A DNA stretch of 64,000 nt from a virus (Duplodnaviria; Heunggongvirae; Uroviricota; Caudoviricetes), in the IMG/VR virus record IMGVR_UViG_3300027125_000001; one strand, written 5' to 3'. Every line of letters begins with the position of its first letter. Positions within the stretch are counted from its first letter, which is position 1. Positions 22,335 through 31,762 of the stretch are shown here, piece by piece. Below the pieces are notes generated by a model. That model did not search any database, was not told the DNA's origin, and saw nothing but the letters and a program-made list of their open reading frames with translations. Both the position numbers and the translations under genes were made by a program.

Positions 22335-22775
22335 TTATTTGTCGTATTTCACTTTATAGTGAGATACTAGCATTTCATAGAATCTTTCATTTGGGTTTGC
22401 GATAGACTGGCCTGCGTGTTCGTATTTGGTTCTTGAATGTGGTTTATACAAATAAGATAGCCATTGATATCCTAAACACTCTTCGCAGAACTTTGCAATC
22501 GCGCATGAATTATACTCGCCACTATGGCAGTCGATAATAATATTTTTCTTTGCATTTGCAATAAAATTGATAATTGCATCAACACATTGCAGTTCATGAG
22601 AGTCTTCTTTTAGCACCACAGACAGTTTAGGATACTGATCCAATATATTGTTTGCGGTAATTGTATCAAGTGTAGCATCTTGGATAGATATCCATGAATA
22701 ATTAATAACATTCAGGCTCCACTTTTCGGCTACCTTTCTTGATATGTTTAGTACCTTTGGAGGCGGCTTGATCAT
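22335..22775 (-). CDS. hypothetical protein
   Basis: 146-aa ORF; a CHSGEY segment lacks the Arg of a phosphatase CX5R loop. Confidence 0.4.
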   Translation of the reverse strand: MIKPPPKVLNISRKVAEKWSLNVINYSWISIQDATLDTITANNILDQYPKLSVVLKEDSHELQCVDAIINFIANAKKNIIIDCHSGEYNSCAIAKFCEECLGYQWLSYLYKPHSRTKYEHAGQSIANPNERFYEMLVSHYKVKYDK

Positions 22776-22778
22776 GTG

Positions 22779-22985
22779 TCATTTTAAAGTATTGCGGTCT
22801 AAAGAAAGATCGTAATTTTTATCACACAGCAATGAATTTTTTAAGTCATCTCCATTAATTTCGAATTCTTTTTTATTATCCTCAACGAAAACTAACATAT
22901 TGCCTTTTTCTTTTTTGCGAACGTAGCTATATATTGTCTTTTTATTGTCTTTTCGGATTGAAAGATAGTATTTTGGAGATTTCAT
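22779..22985 (-). CDS. hypothetical small protein
   Basis: 68-aa ORF abutting the nrdB stop. Confidence 0.3.
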   Translation of the reverse strand: MKSPKYYLSIRKDNKKTIYSYVRKKEKGNMLVFVEDNKKEFEINGDDLKNSLLCDKNYDLSLDRNTLK

Positions 22986-24076
22986 TACAGGGCGATTTTC
23001 TTTAAACGGGACTTATCAATAGTACTATTCCGACTACCGATTTGGTATGTAGTAAGATTTTGTTCCTGTGGAGCTGATTGTGATAGAGTTGGGTCGAGAT
23101 ATTCGACTAACCAAGAACCGATTGGATTTTTCTTGCTAGCAAAAATCTTTTCATAGCCCAAACTCGAAAGTCGGTTATTCGCCAACCATTCGATATATTG
23201 GTGTACATTCTCCTCATTGAATCCAATCAAACTGCCCTTTGAGAACAAATAGCTAGCCCAATCCTTTTCACATTGAACTGCCGTTTTATACATCTCATAA
23301 ACCAAGTCAGTATTCTTTTCTACTAGGTCTTGGAAACCTTCATCTGGATTGGTCTTCCAAAGCTTGATGATGTTTTGCGTAATTGCAACGTGAAGCGATT
23401 CATCTTTATTGATCAGGCGAATAATTTTCGCCATTTGAGGTGCCTTTCCTTGTTTGCCAAACCAGAAGGAGAACAGGAACGATACATGAAAATTAAGTCC
23501 TTCTGCAATCTGCGTTGACAAAACAGTCTTAAAGATTTGCTCTTGAACATTTCTATCCGAATCTTTGGTGCCTAAAAGATCATCAAATGCTTTAGTTACT
23601 TCGACAGATCTCTTATTGATTTCTTCATTGACTACGATTGAGTCAAAAAATTCCTCTGGCTTCTTGGTAAGGCCTTTAAGCGCATGCGTATAAGATTCAC
23701 TATGAAGAACTTCACAGAATTGCCAATACGAACAGGCTGCTTCCAATTCAGGTAGCGTAATGTATTTGGTAATTTCATTAATGCCTCTGCTCAGCACTGA
23801 GTCTGTTGCCGTTTGCCACATTAGATTATTCTCAAAGATCCATTTCTCTGTAGCACTCATTGTGTCAATTTTCGACGCTTCGCCAGAAAAATCAATCTCC
23901 TCTGGATTCCAGAATGCAGACTTTTGATCTTGATATAAATCATAAAATTTCTTATACTTGAAAACATCGAACCGTTGTAGGTTGAGTTCAGGTCCTAAGA
24001 ACATTTTACGTTCATGTGGTGGAATATTAGATTTGTTGTATACGCTTTTCATAGTGAGCAAAATCCGGTAGCACAT
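22985..24076 (-). CDS. nrdB: ribonucleotide reductase small (beta) subunit
   Basis: 363 aa; ferritin-like diiron/tyrosyl-radical motifs (…EVLHSESYTHAL…, …ESLHVAIT…); immediately downstream of the nrdA fragments. Confidence 0.8.
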   Translation of the reverse strand: MCYRILLTMKSVYNKSNIPPHERKMFLGPELNLQRFDVFKYKKFYDLYQDQKSAFWNPEEIDFSGEASKIDTMSATEKWIFENNLMWQTATDSVLSRGINEITKYITLPELEAACSYWQFCEVLHSESYTHALKGLTKKPEEFFDSIVVNEEINKRSVEVTKAFDDLLGTKDSDRNVQEQIFKTVLSTQIAEGLNFHVSFLFSFWFGKQGKAPQMAKIIRLINKDESLHVAITQNIIKLWKTNPDEGFQDLVEKNTDLVYEMYKTAVQCEKDWASYLFSKGSLIGFNEENVHQYIEWLANNRLSSLGYEKIFASKKNPIGSWLVEYLDPTLSQSAPQEQNLTTYQIGSRNSTIDKSRLKKIAL

Positions 24077-24642
24077 CCAGAATCGTCCGAAGACTCGGCT
24101 TTTTCTGATGTATCATTTTCTGAGACTTCTTCCGCAGCAAGACTTGTGTCTGCTGAGACTATTTGTTTGTTCTTCGCATAATAAAGAGTCTTCAGACCGT
24201 ATTTGTATGATAAAAGAATATCATACGCAACGTCTGTAGTTTCAAGTTTATTATTCTCATAATTGCCGTAGTTGTAGTAATGATTGGTACTAGCGGCCAT
24301 GCACAGCCATTTCGTAATAGCTGCAGCACATTTGATAATTCCTTCATTTGTACAATCATACGCCGATTTATAATACTTACCGTATTTCTTTGCACCTGGT
24401 GCAATCCATGCCGCACTTCCTTGACGATCATCTTTGAATTGGAAGAGACTGACAATTGGTTCCATACCATTAGTCGAATTCTGGGTTAAAGAACTATTGT
24501 GCGATATAATCTTGCTTTTTCCCGAGTCGATTACATAAGAATGGACATTTGGAGATTCTACGTCGTACGTTGGACAAATTTCGTTAGATTTTGTTATTCT
24601 GTTGATTTTCATATTCGTTATATATTTTATACAATTCGTCAA
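24049..24642 (-). CDS. nrdA: ribonucleotide reductase alpha subunit, C-terminal fragment fused to a C-terminal split-intein segment
   Basis: N-terminal ~49 aa end ...TYDVESPNVHSYVIDSGKSKIISHN (intein blocks F/G, terminal HN) followed by SSLTQNSTNGMEP, which aligns with E. coli NrdA SSQISNATNGIEP; C-terminus KTLYY...DSGCATGFCSL matches the NrdA KTLYYQNTRDG...GCESGACKI redox tail. Confidence 0.75.
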   Translation of the reverse strand: MTNCIKYITNMKINRITKSNEICPTYDVESPNVHSYVIDSGKSKIISHNSSLTQNSTNGMEPIVSLFQFKDDRQGSAAWIAPGAKKYGKYYKSAYDCTNEGIIKCAAAITKWLCMAASTNHYYNYGNYENNKLETTDVAYDILLSYKYGLKTLYYAKNKQIVSADTSLAAEEVSENDTSEKAESSDDSGCATGFCSL

Positions 24643-25672
24643 TACTGATGCTTGACTTGCTTTGTTTTGAACAATTTTTTGATCTCTCTAAAATTTCTAA
24701 ATTGACAACAGACCCAATCACTCTCGGTGATATGTCGTTTATATATCCTTGCTTCTGTGAATATCGATGGTCTACATGATATTCCTTGCTTCTTTTTTCA
24801 AAAAGTACTTCATTATCATTGATTGATTGGGATGTCCAAAATCCTACTTCCATTTTGTATTTCTTCCAGTCATCTAATTTGTCAAGAGTTAGCCACACAC
24901 CTTTTTTTTCCATTGTCTCTCTTAACTTATTATTAATCTCTTGATGATGTGCAAGCCATTCATCACCAAATATGCGTTGGAGATTGGTTGGGTTTCTTGT
25001 GTTGTTGAATATACGTTTGGCATTTATTTTTTCCAAAATAATATCAATATCCTCATCCGTATACCCTTTGTCGTAATATACAGAGCTCAGTAGCCCACAC
25101 TTTTGAAAATAGTATTCTCGTGCTAATTTACTAGCTTCCTCTTCGGTGCAATCTTGTCTTGACAAATAATACTCTTTGCACCATTTGGATTTGCGGCGCA
25201 TGTAATTACTATATTCACATTTCCATGTATGTGGATATTTTTGTTTATACTCATTCAATATATTAACTGAGGATTTCTTGCTTGACAACTGAAATTTTTT
25301 AAATAATGCTTCGCCTTTTTCTTTGCCGTGTCTCGCACAAAACCCTTCTAAAGATGTAGTCTTTTGAGATTTTAAATTGGCTATTTTTAATTCCGCTTCA
25401 ATTAATGTAATACCGAATTTGAGAGATGCTGTGAGTGGATCATACATAACCGGAATTTTGTTTTGAAGACAATATTTGACTCGGGTATTCCATTTGTAAA
25501 ATCCATCTTTTGACCATTTGTCTTTTATCGCCATTGCGAAAACTTTTATAGTTTTGCCTTGAAATCCCTCGCCATATAATTCATCTACATCTTTTTTGGC
25601 ATTTATATTCGATGAAAATGCATTTAAAAAATCGATAATACTACTCTTTAGATTAGAACGTTTAGTTGCCAT
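24584..25672 (-). CDS. free-standing HNH-type homing endonuclease-like protein between the nrdA fragments
   Basis: 362-aa basic protein with EYHVDHRYSQKQGYINDISPRV (His-Me/HNH-like) located exactly between the N-intein and C-intein genes. Confidence 0.5.
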   Translation of the reverse strand: MATKRSNLKSSIIDFLNAFSSNINAKKDVDELYGEGFQGKTIKVFAMAIKDKWSKDGFYKWNTRVKYCLQNKIPVMYDPLTASLKFGITLIEAELKIANLKSQKTTSLEGFCARHGKEKGEALFKKFQLSSKKSSVNILNEYKQKYPHTWKCEYSNYMRRKSKWCKEYYLSRQDCTEEEASKLAREYYFQKCGLLSSVYYDKGYTDEDIDIILEKINAKRIFNNTRNPTNLQRIFGDEWLAHHQEINNKLRETMEKKGVWLTLDKLDDWKKYKMEVGFWTSQSINDNEVLFEKRSKEYHVDHRYSQKQGYINDISPRVIGSVVNLEILERSKNCSKQSKSSISIDELYKIYNEYENQQNNKI

Positions 25673-25721
25673 AATGCGTATAGATTTTACTTATCGCATT
25701 ATGGCAACTAAATTGGGTAGA

Positions 25722-27929
25722 TTATTCGATTTCCATAATTTCTTCGTCAACTGAAAGTTCTTCCACTGTCTTCCACCCATCCTTGGTCAGGAATCTATGA
25801 TCTTTAGTCGCTTTGATAATATCACCATTTTCAAGCTCAATATCAAATACTTCGCTAGTGCCATTGTAATAAATTCTATTCGTCTCAACCGGCCCGTCTT
25901 TTGTTTCGAGTGTAATAGTTTTATCAGACTCATGCCAGCCTTTCATATCATGCATTTCAATATTCTTCCACGAAAACCCAAGTTGTTCGCAAATTTCATG
26001 GAAGTTCATAGGTTTGCCATCAACAAAGACTTTGGTATCCCATTTTAGGCACTTTTCGCACGGCATCTGTGAGGAGACCGTCATGTTTCTCATGCCGTCA
26101 CGACGAATATTTGACATCAGGGCATCCCAGTCCATTGAAGGCTTTCTGGTAATAAATTCATCCACATCCTTCTTGTATAGATCAAGCTTGGAATATCCTT
26201 GAGCGTATTTGGATTTAGACCAGTCAGGCGCTGGTCCCTTTTCTTTGGCAAGCAACCAAGATGCCTCCATTAGGTAATATTGCTGGCGTTCCATGAACTC
26301 ATCGATAGCATTAGGTGCTTCTGGTGAATCATGATTCAAGCCTTGTGTCGCTAACCATCCTGCTAGATTAGTAATGCCAATACCAAGCGATCTTTTATTC
26401 TTAGTGAATCTTTCGGCAGCAGGTGCAAAGTATAATTGGCGATCTACCATATCATCTAGCATGCGTACGGCCTGATGGCATACCTCACGGTGTTCATTTG
26501 CCGATCTGATATTGAGCATATTGACCGCCGCAAGCAAACACGTACCAATTTCACCATTAGGATCATCTAGGGATTGACATGGTTTCGTTGGTTGTAGGAT
26601 TTCTACACAAAGATTCGTCATGTTGACACGCTCAGTCCATGGAGAAAAATCATTAGCAAGATCGATATTAAGAATATAAATTCTGTTCGTTTCGATTCTT
26701 TCTTTGATCAAAGAATCAAAGATATCATCTGCAGGAATAGACTTTTTAAATTTAATCTCTGGGTTTGCTTCTGCCTTGAGATAAAGCTCGTCAAATTCAG
26801 GCATACCAAACGAATCAAATAATTCAGGAACCTCATGATTCGAGAATAGAGTAATGTTTCCGCCTTCATTCCAGCGTTCATAGAAGATTTTAGAAATACC
26901 AATTACATAGTCAAGATGTCTTACACGATTATATTCGGTACCACCAACATTTCGCAATTGGAGAATAGATTCAATCTCCCAATGGAAAATAGGTGCATTG
27001 GCTGTACCGGCACCACGTCTAGCACCACCTTGTTGCTGAGACTTGATCGCATCTTGGAACACTTTGAGATATGGAATAACCCCACCATGAATAGTCTCGC
27101 CATTCTTAACAGGAGACCCAACACCACGAATCTTGCCGAAATCTAATCCAATGCCATATCCATAACTGGTAGCCCTCGCCATAATATGCGCAGACGAAAA
27201 GATCGAGTCTGCCGTATCATCGACTTGAATCAAGCAACAAGATGCACCTGTCTTAACGGGGGTTCTCCATCTTGTAAGCATTGGTGTTGGTATATTCAAA
27301 CGACGCTCAGATACATCGTCATAGAATTGGCGGATATATTGAATCCGTTTCTTGGATTCATAATTTGCATAGTGAGACATACCAATACACATGAACGCAA
27401 ATTGAGGAGTCTCATATACTTTATGATTGACTCGATCTTGAACTAAGCCAGTGCGCACGAGATGCTTCATGCCAGCAAAATCGAACATAGTCTCGTCTCT
27501 TTCGTGGTCAATATAACTGCCAATCTTATTGATCTCTTCTTCACTGAACTTGTTAATTAGCTCATCTGTATAGACTCCGAGGTCTACACATTTCTTGATG
27601 TGGTCATATAGTCTTGGTGGTGTATTACCACCCCACACTTCTTTACGAAGGCCATATACCAAAAGCCGTGCGGCTACAATTGAATAATTTGGATTTTCTA
27701 AAGAAATAAGATCTTCTGCTGACTTAACCAATGAGTCTTGAATTTCCGCTGAGGTGATGCCATCGTAGAAGTTAATCTTGGCATTCATAAGAATATCAAT
27801 TGCTGATGCTCCTGCTACGCCTTTTGTTGCATGGTAGACCATTCTATTGGCCTTTTCTGCATCGAAAATTTCTGTATCTCCTGTCCGTTTTTTGACTAAA
27901 ATGTCTTTCATGTAATGTTTATCGAGCAT
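25722..27929 (-). CDS. nrdA: ribonucleotide reductase alpha subunit, N-terminal fragment (ATP-cone plus catalytic barrel) fused to an N-terminal split-intein segment
   Basis: ATP-cone VKKRTGDTEIFDAEK; active-site TNLCVEI; extein ends ...RNMTVSSQMPCEK (E. coli ...RNSTLSALMPSET); then CLKWDTKVFVDGK (intein block A) and TKDHRFLT (block B); stop after ~105 aa of intein. Confidence 0.8.
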   Translation of the reverse strand: MLDKHYMKDILVKKRTGDTEIFDAEKANRMVYHATKGVAGASAIDILMNAKINFYDGITSAEIQDSLVKSAEDLISLENPNYSIVAARLLVYGLRKEVWGGNTPPRLYDHIKKCVDLGVYTDELINKFSEEEINKIGSYIDHERDETMFDFAGMKHLVRTGLVQDRVNHKVYETPQFAFMCIGMSHYANYESKKRIQYIRQFYDDVSERRLNIPTPMLTRWRTPVKTGASCCLIQVDDTADSIFSSAHIMARATSYGYGIGLDFGKIRGVGSPVKNGETIHGGVIPYLKVFQDAIKSQQQGGARRGAGTANAPIFHWEIESILQLRNVGGTEYNRVRHLDYVIGISKIFYERWNEGGNITLFSNHEVPELFDSFGMPEFDELYLKAEANPEIKFKKSIPADDIFDSLIKERIETNRIYILNIDLANDFSPWTERVNMTNLCVEILQPTKPCQSLDDPNGEIGTCLLAAVNMLNIRSANEHREVCHQAVRMLDDMVDRQLYFAPAAERFTKNKRSLGIGITNLAGWLATQGLNHDSPEAPNAIDEFMERQQYYLMEASWLLAKEKGPAPDWSKSKYAQGYSKLDLYKKDVDEFITRKPSMDWDALMSNIRRDGMRNMTVSSQMPCEKCLKWDTKVFVDGKPMNFHEICEQLGFSWKNIEMHDMKGWHESDKTITLETKDGPVETNRIYYNGTSEVFDIELENGDIIKATKDHRFLTKDGWKTVEELSVDEEIMEIE

Positions 27930-27992
27930 ACGTTTTAGTATTTAGATTCTTATAATGGCTGAATCTATACTATTCGTTTATTTATTTTTATA

Positions 27993-28259
27993 TTAATCTT
28001 CGTCTTCAATATCGACCGAAATCGTCTCATCTTCGAGAATGATTTCCTGGATTTTATCAAACAGGATCATCTCTGCTTTTTCGCTGTCGATGGGATTATC
28101 CGTCATAGATACCACAGTCTTAATCAGGTATGCGATGGCAACTGCACACTCTTCGATAGTTGTGTCTTTGCAAATTTTGACATCAAATGCTTCGTCGTCG
28201 CCAGACAATTGAACGAGAAATAATACATTTGAATCATTCGATGATTTCTTTACACTCAT
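27993..28259 (-). CDS. hypothetical acidic protein
   Basis: 88-aa ORF. Confidence 0.35.
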   Translation of the reverse strand: MSVKKSSNDSNVLFLVQLSGDDEAFDVKICKDTTIEECAVAIAYLIKTVVSMTDNPIDSEKAEMILFDKIQEIILEDETISVDIEDED

Positions 28260-28307
28260 ATCGATAATATGATATTGTGTGTATGCAAAATCAAGAAATG
28301 TATTGAA

Positions 28308-28670
28308 TTAAAATGGCATTACATCGACATCTTTTTTTGCCGCGTACTGATCTATTAGAGCTCGTTCTGCTTGTGCGTCTGCACTTATCTTGTAAATAAT
28401 CTGGACTGCATTTTGAACCTCTTTTAGCATATAGTCATTGATTATATTAAGTTCAATGTTTGTAACGTCTTCACTCTCCTCGTTATCCAAAAGACCAGAA
28501 TCAATTAATCCTTGTGCCCACGACTTTGCCAGGGCGTCGGCGATTTCTGGTATGTCTTTGGTACTAAACATAGACAGATATTTTTTGAAGAGATAGAAAA
28601 CAAGATAATTTGTTATATCCTCTCTAAATATTGACTTAATGTCTGAATCAAATTGGAAATCATCATTCAT
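28308..28670 (-). CDS. hypothetical protein
   Basis: 120-aa ORF overlapping the exonuclease gene by 4 nt. Confidence 0.4.
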   Translation of the reverse strand: MNDDFQFDSDIKSIFREDITNYLVFYLFKKYLSMFSTKDIPEIADALAKSWAQGLIDSGLLDNEESEDVTNIELNIINDYMLKEVQNAVQIIYKISADAQAERALIDQYAAKKDVDVMPF

Positions 28671-29206
28671 GGCAGTTTGAGATTCAAATGATTCAAGACG
28701 GCCAAAAGATGAGTCGCTTCATAAACCGCGTCAAAGAGTGCGTGGTGCAGTGGATGTTTTTCTGATCTTTCTTTTCGGAATTTGTTGTCAGGATCAAATT
28801 GAAGAATGGTTCTTACACATCTCTCTTTATTATATGGCCACGGTGATCTTTTGCCACAAAGCTTAAAGCTATCTTCGAGAATCGAGCAATCAAATGAAGG
28901 GCCGTGTCCCCAGATATAACTATTTGGCACTTTTCGAAACCACTCCTCGAATTTGGTAGTTGCGATGTCTAGTGTGACTGGATCAACAAGCAGCGCTTTT
29001 TGTATATTTTCTGGTTGTTTTTTCCACCAGTTCATTGTATTCACTTCAGTAGTAGCCCCTTTCTGAACCGAATCCAAAGGATCGACATTGGTATAGAATG
29101 TATCATACATTCCATTGCTATCAAATCTAACAGCACCTATAGAAATAATCGCTGCGTTGTGTTGTGTTGATAGCGTTTCGAGGTCTACTAAAACGTGATT
29201 TCTCAT
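28667..29206 (-). CDS. DEDDh-family 3'-5' exonuclease (DnaQ-like)
   Basis: Exo I VLVDLETLS, Exo III HHALFDAVYEA (Y-x3-D/H) motifs; 179 aa. Confidence 0.55.
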   Translation of the reverse strand: MRNHVLVDLETLSTQHNAAIISIGAVRFDSNGMYDTFYTNVDPLDSVQKGATTEVNTMNWWKKQPENIQKALLVDPVTLDIATTKFEEWFRKVPNSYIWGHGPSFDCSILEDSFKLCGKRSPWPYNKERCVRTILQFDPDNKFRKERSEKHPLHHALFDAVYEATHLLAVLNHLNLKLP

Positions 29207-29214
29207 TTATATAT

Positions 29215-29445
29215 CTAGGTTTGTTGATCTTTATTATCAACGAAGCGATCATATTTTTCAACAATAGATTTTTTAATTTCCTCACCATCTGCATTAACTG
29301 GCACCTTTGCCAATTTTCCCATAACAACTTCTGCAATAGAATGCTGGAGGTGATAATGAACGGGCTTGTTGTTATTGATAATTGCCAAAAGTAGGCAATG
29401 CTCGTCATCGGATAATTGCCTGATAAAATCAGTATGAAATGTCAT
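29215..29445 (-). CDS. hypothetical small protein
   Basis: 76-aa ORF. Confidence 0.3.
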   Translation of the reverse strand: MTFHTDFIRQLSDDEHCLLLAIINNNKPVHYHLQHSIAEVVMGKLAKVPVNADGEEIKKSIVEKYDRFVDNKDQQT

Positions 29446-29646
29446 ATATTCTATTTGATTGGTTGTTTTTTAATTCTGTTTCAAAGTGATGTAATTTATT
29501 AAGGACGTTATCTTTGAATCTTGACATTGCTGCTGCAAAAGCTATAATAATGATGGCAACTAAACCATACCCTAGAAAGTCGTAATAACCAAATGAAAAT
29601 GAGGACATATAAAATTATTTACAACAAGATGGAAGTCCTTTTGTTC

Positions 29647-29910
29647 TTATTTGGTGTAGTTTCGTCTCTCTATCAATCTGTATCTTTTGTCTGAATGCCA
29701 CACCTCTCCTTCTGTCTGAACTTCGTAGATTCCTTCTGTGGTTGGGATCTGAGTGCCTTTGATCGGTGTCAGAATCGATGGTTGGTAAATTTTAAGAGGT
29801 GTTACCGATGGCATGCTTTCCTGCTGCGAGTGTTTACACGCCAGTAGTTGTATTGCCAGTGCTATTAGGATTATCTTTGTTTTCATTCTTTTTTGGCGTA
29901 AAGTATTCAC
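29647..29910 (-). CDS. putative small lipoprotein
   Basis: N-terminal KTKIILIALAIQLLAC signal with lipobox-like LLAC; overlaps alternative ORF 29834..30133. Confidence 0.3.
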   Translation of the reverse strand: MNTLRQKRMKTKIILIALAIQLLACKHSQQESMPSVTPLKIYQPSILTPIKGTQIPTTEGIYEVQTEGEVWHSDKRYRLIERRNYTK

Positions 29911-30129
29911 TCATATCTGTCATGAACCTTTGCTCCGATAGGAGATAGGAATATATTAAATCTGCCATATCCGATGAGTCGGTTGTTTTTTGACCCCGAA
30001 GCATTTCGATTTGATCGGCATATTCTTTTTGCTTCTCTCTAGATTTAGAATGGATTTCATAGTAATAATACTTGCCCTTCCATTCTAAAAATAGAATAGT
30101 CGCATCCAGAAGTCTTTTGATGATCTCTA

Positions 30130-30351
30130 TCACTTTTCTTTACCAGTTTCTTTGGCGTGTAGAATGTTAAGTGCAAGAAAATCAATTACTTTGTATATTT
30201 TGGCAAGACCAGTTCCTTCTTTTGGTGTTGGAATGATGGCAGCAAGCGCAGAAGCAAATGTCACCAATGCCGAAAATACTTGGAAATATTGATTGTTGAT
30301 TAGCGGTTTAAGTAGTTCTTCCATGAATCTACTTACCTGTAGCATGTGCAT
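30130..30351 (-). CDS. hypothetical small protein
   Basis: 73-aa ORF. Confidence 0.3.
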   Translation of the reverse strand: MHMLQVSRFMEELLKPLINNQYFQVFSALVTFASALAAIIPTPKEGTGLAKIYKVIDFLALNILHAKETGKEK

Positions 30352-31231
30352 TTTCGCTAATATTCATCAAAAGTGCAGTTTGCAGGATTGATGTTCTAAT
30401 TGGTGTCAAAGATATACCATGATCGAGAGCGCATTGACTATCTAACGCACAATTTGCTCTTGGAATTGGGTCCATCTTTTTATATTCTTCCAATGTCATA
30501 TATTGCTTTTTGGGAATTTTATCTCCCATAGCAGAAGTCAATATGTCTATAATTTGTTTCGTTGTGATGTAACCCGGTTGTGTTAAATTGAATGTTTTAC
30601 GGCTCGTTTGCAAGCTGAATGTCTTGTAAGCTGCACGCACGAACTCGTATAAATCAGTATAAGAATTCGTTGTATTGATTAATTTTTTAAAGAGGATGAA
30701 TTTGCTGATAACGTTTTTTGGATGCGGTACTGAATTAAATGGGAGCCTCATTCTCCATATCAGCGCATCTGTATTTTTGAGCAATTTTTCACCAAGAGCC
30801 TTTGTTCCACTATACCAAGACGAGTTAGCATCATCAAAACAAAAGTTAGGTTCGTCTCTTTCGTTGTATAATTTCGTAGGTGATTCACCGATATCACACC
30901 GAGGATCGCTGTATATGCATCCCGTAGAAACATGCCCGAATTTGACATTGAGACTATCACATATTTCAGCTATTCTTAGAGGCATGAATGCATTAGCTTC
31001 GATGCATTCTGTTTTTGCATCAGGCAATTCACAAGCAGCGATGTTTGGAGATCCAGTGTACGCTGCGCAGTTAATCACTCTTTCTATGCCATTTTCAAGA
31101 AGATATTTTCTAAACTCTTCTTTGACTATAGGATGTCTGGCTGAATAGGTTTTGAGCTCTGGGGTTAAATCACTCAAATAACGGGCAAAAGCACTTCCAA
31201 CATAACCATTAGAACCCAACAACAACGTCAT
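30329..31231 (-). CDS. NAD(P)-dependent sugar-nucleotide epimerase/reductase (extended SDR family, RmlD/GDP-fucose-synthase-like)
   Basis: Rossmann LLLGSNGYVGSAF, catalytic YSGTKALGE (YxxxK), 300 aa. Confidence 0.65.
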   Translation of the reverse strand: MTLLLGSNGYVGSAFARYLSDLTPELKTYSARHPIVKEEFRKYLLENGIERVINCAAYTGSPNIAACELPDAKTECIEANAFMPLRIAEICDSLNVKFGHVSTGCIYSDPRCDIGESPTKLYNERDEPNFCFDDANSSWYSGTKALGEKLLKNTDALIWRMRLPFNSVPHPKNVISKFILFKKLINTTNSYTDLYEFVRAAYKTFSLQTSRKTFNLTQPGYITTKQIIDILTSAMGDKIPKKQYMTLEEYKKMDPIPRANCALDSQCALDHGISLTPIRTSILQTALLMNISENAHATGK

Positions 31232-31382
31232 GGTTTGACGCTGCCTCCTGGTTCATTCATGTCTTTTTTATTTTTTGAAGACCAATTAATCAAATCCCAG
31301 CCGTTGCTAAACTTTTTAGGATTTTCTCCTTTACGTCGCTTTGGTCCTTTGCCTGCTTGAAATTTGCTCATATGTTATATTA

Positions 31383-31712
31383 CTAACGTCTCAAAATGAA
31401 ATCAATGATTAATTGGGGCTTTTCGAAGAATTTTTTGAAAATCAAAATCACTCCTTCAATTACCTCGGGGCTTACAACCCCAACTATGCCGTAAATTAAT
31501 GCTTTAGTAAAGCTACTGAAATCTGATTGCTCGAGTATGAACCATGAAATGCTACTTGAAATTCCAGCGGCAAGGATTTTTCTCACATAAGAACCGATGC
31601 TATACTTTGCATTGCTGTGTAAGATTCTAGCCAGCATACCACCGGCTCCTATGAGAGAAACAATCCAACCGCCTTCGGCGAATCGATCAACAATAGTTTT
31701 TTCTGTATCCAT
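31383..31712 (-). CDS. small membrane protein
   Basis: 109 aa with two to three hydrophobic helices. Confidence 0.35.
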   Translation of the reverse strand: MDTEKTIVDRFAEGGWIVSLIGAGGMLARILHSNAKYSIGSYVRKILAAGISSSISWFILEQSDFSSFTKALIYGIVGVVSPEVIEGVILIFKKFFEKPQLIIDFILRR

Positions 31713-31762
31713 TTTATTATCAATACTTATTTAAGGTATTGATAACTATTTGGCTCGCCATA

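Noticed and set aside
22335-22775. Possible protein tyrosine phosphatase (CHSGEY loop)
   Set aside because: It lacks the Arg of the CX5R catalytic loop. It is left as hypothetical.
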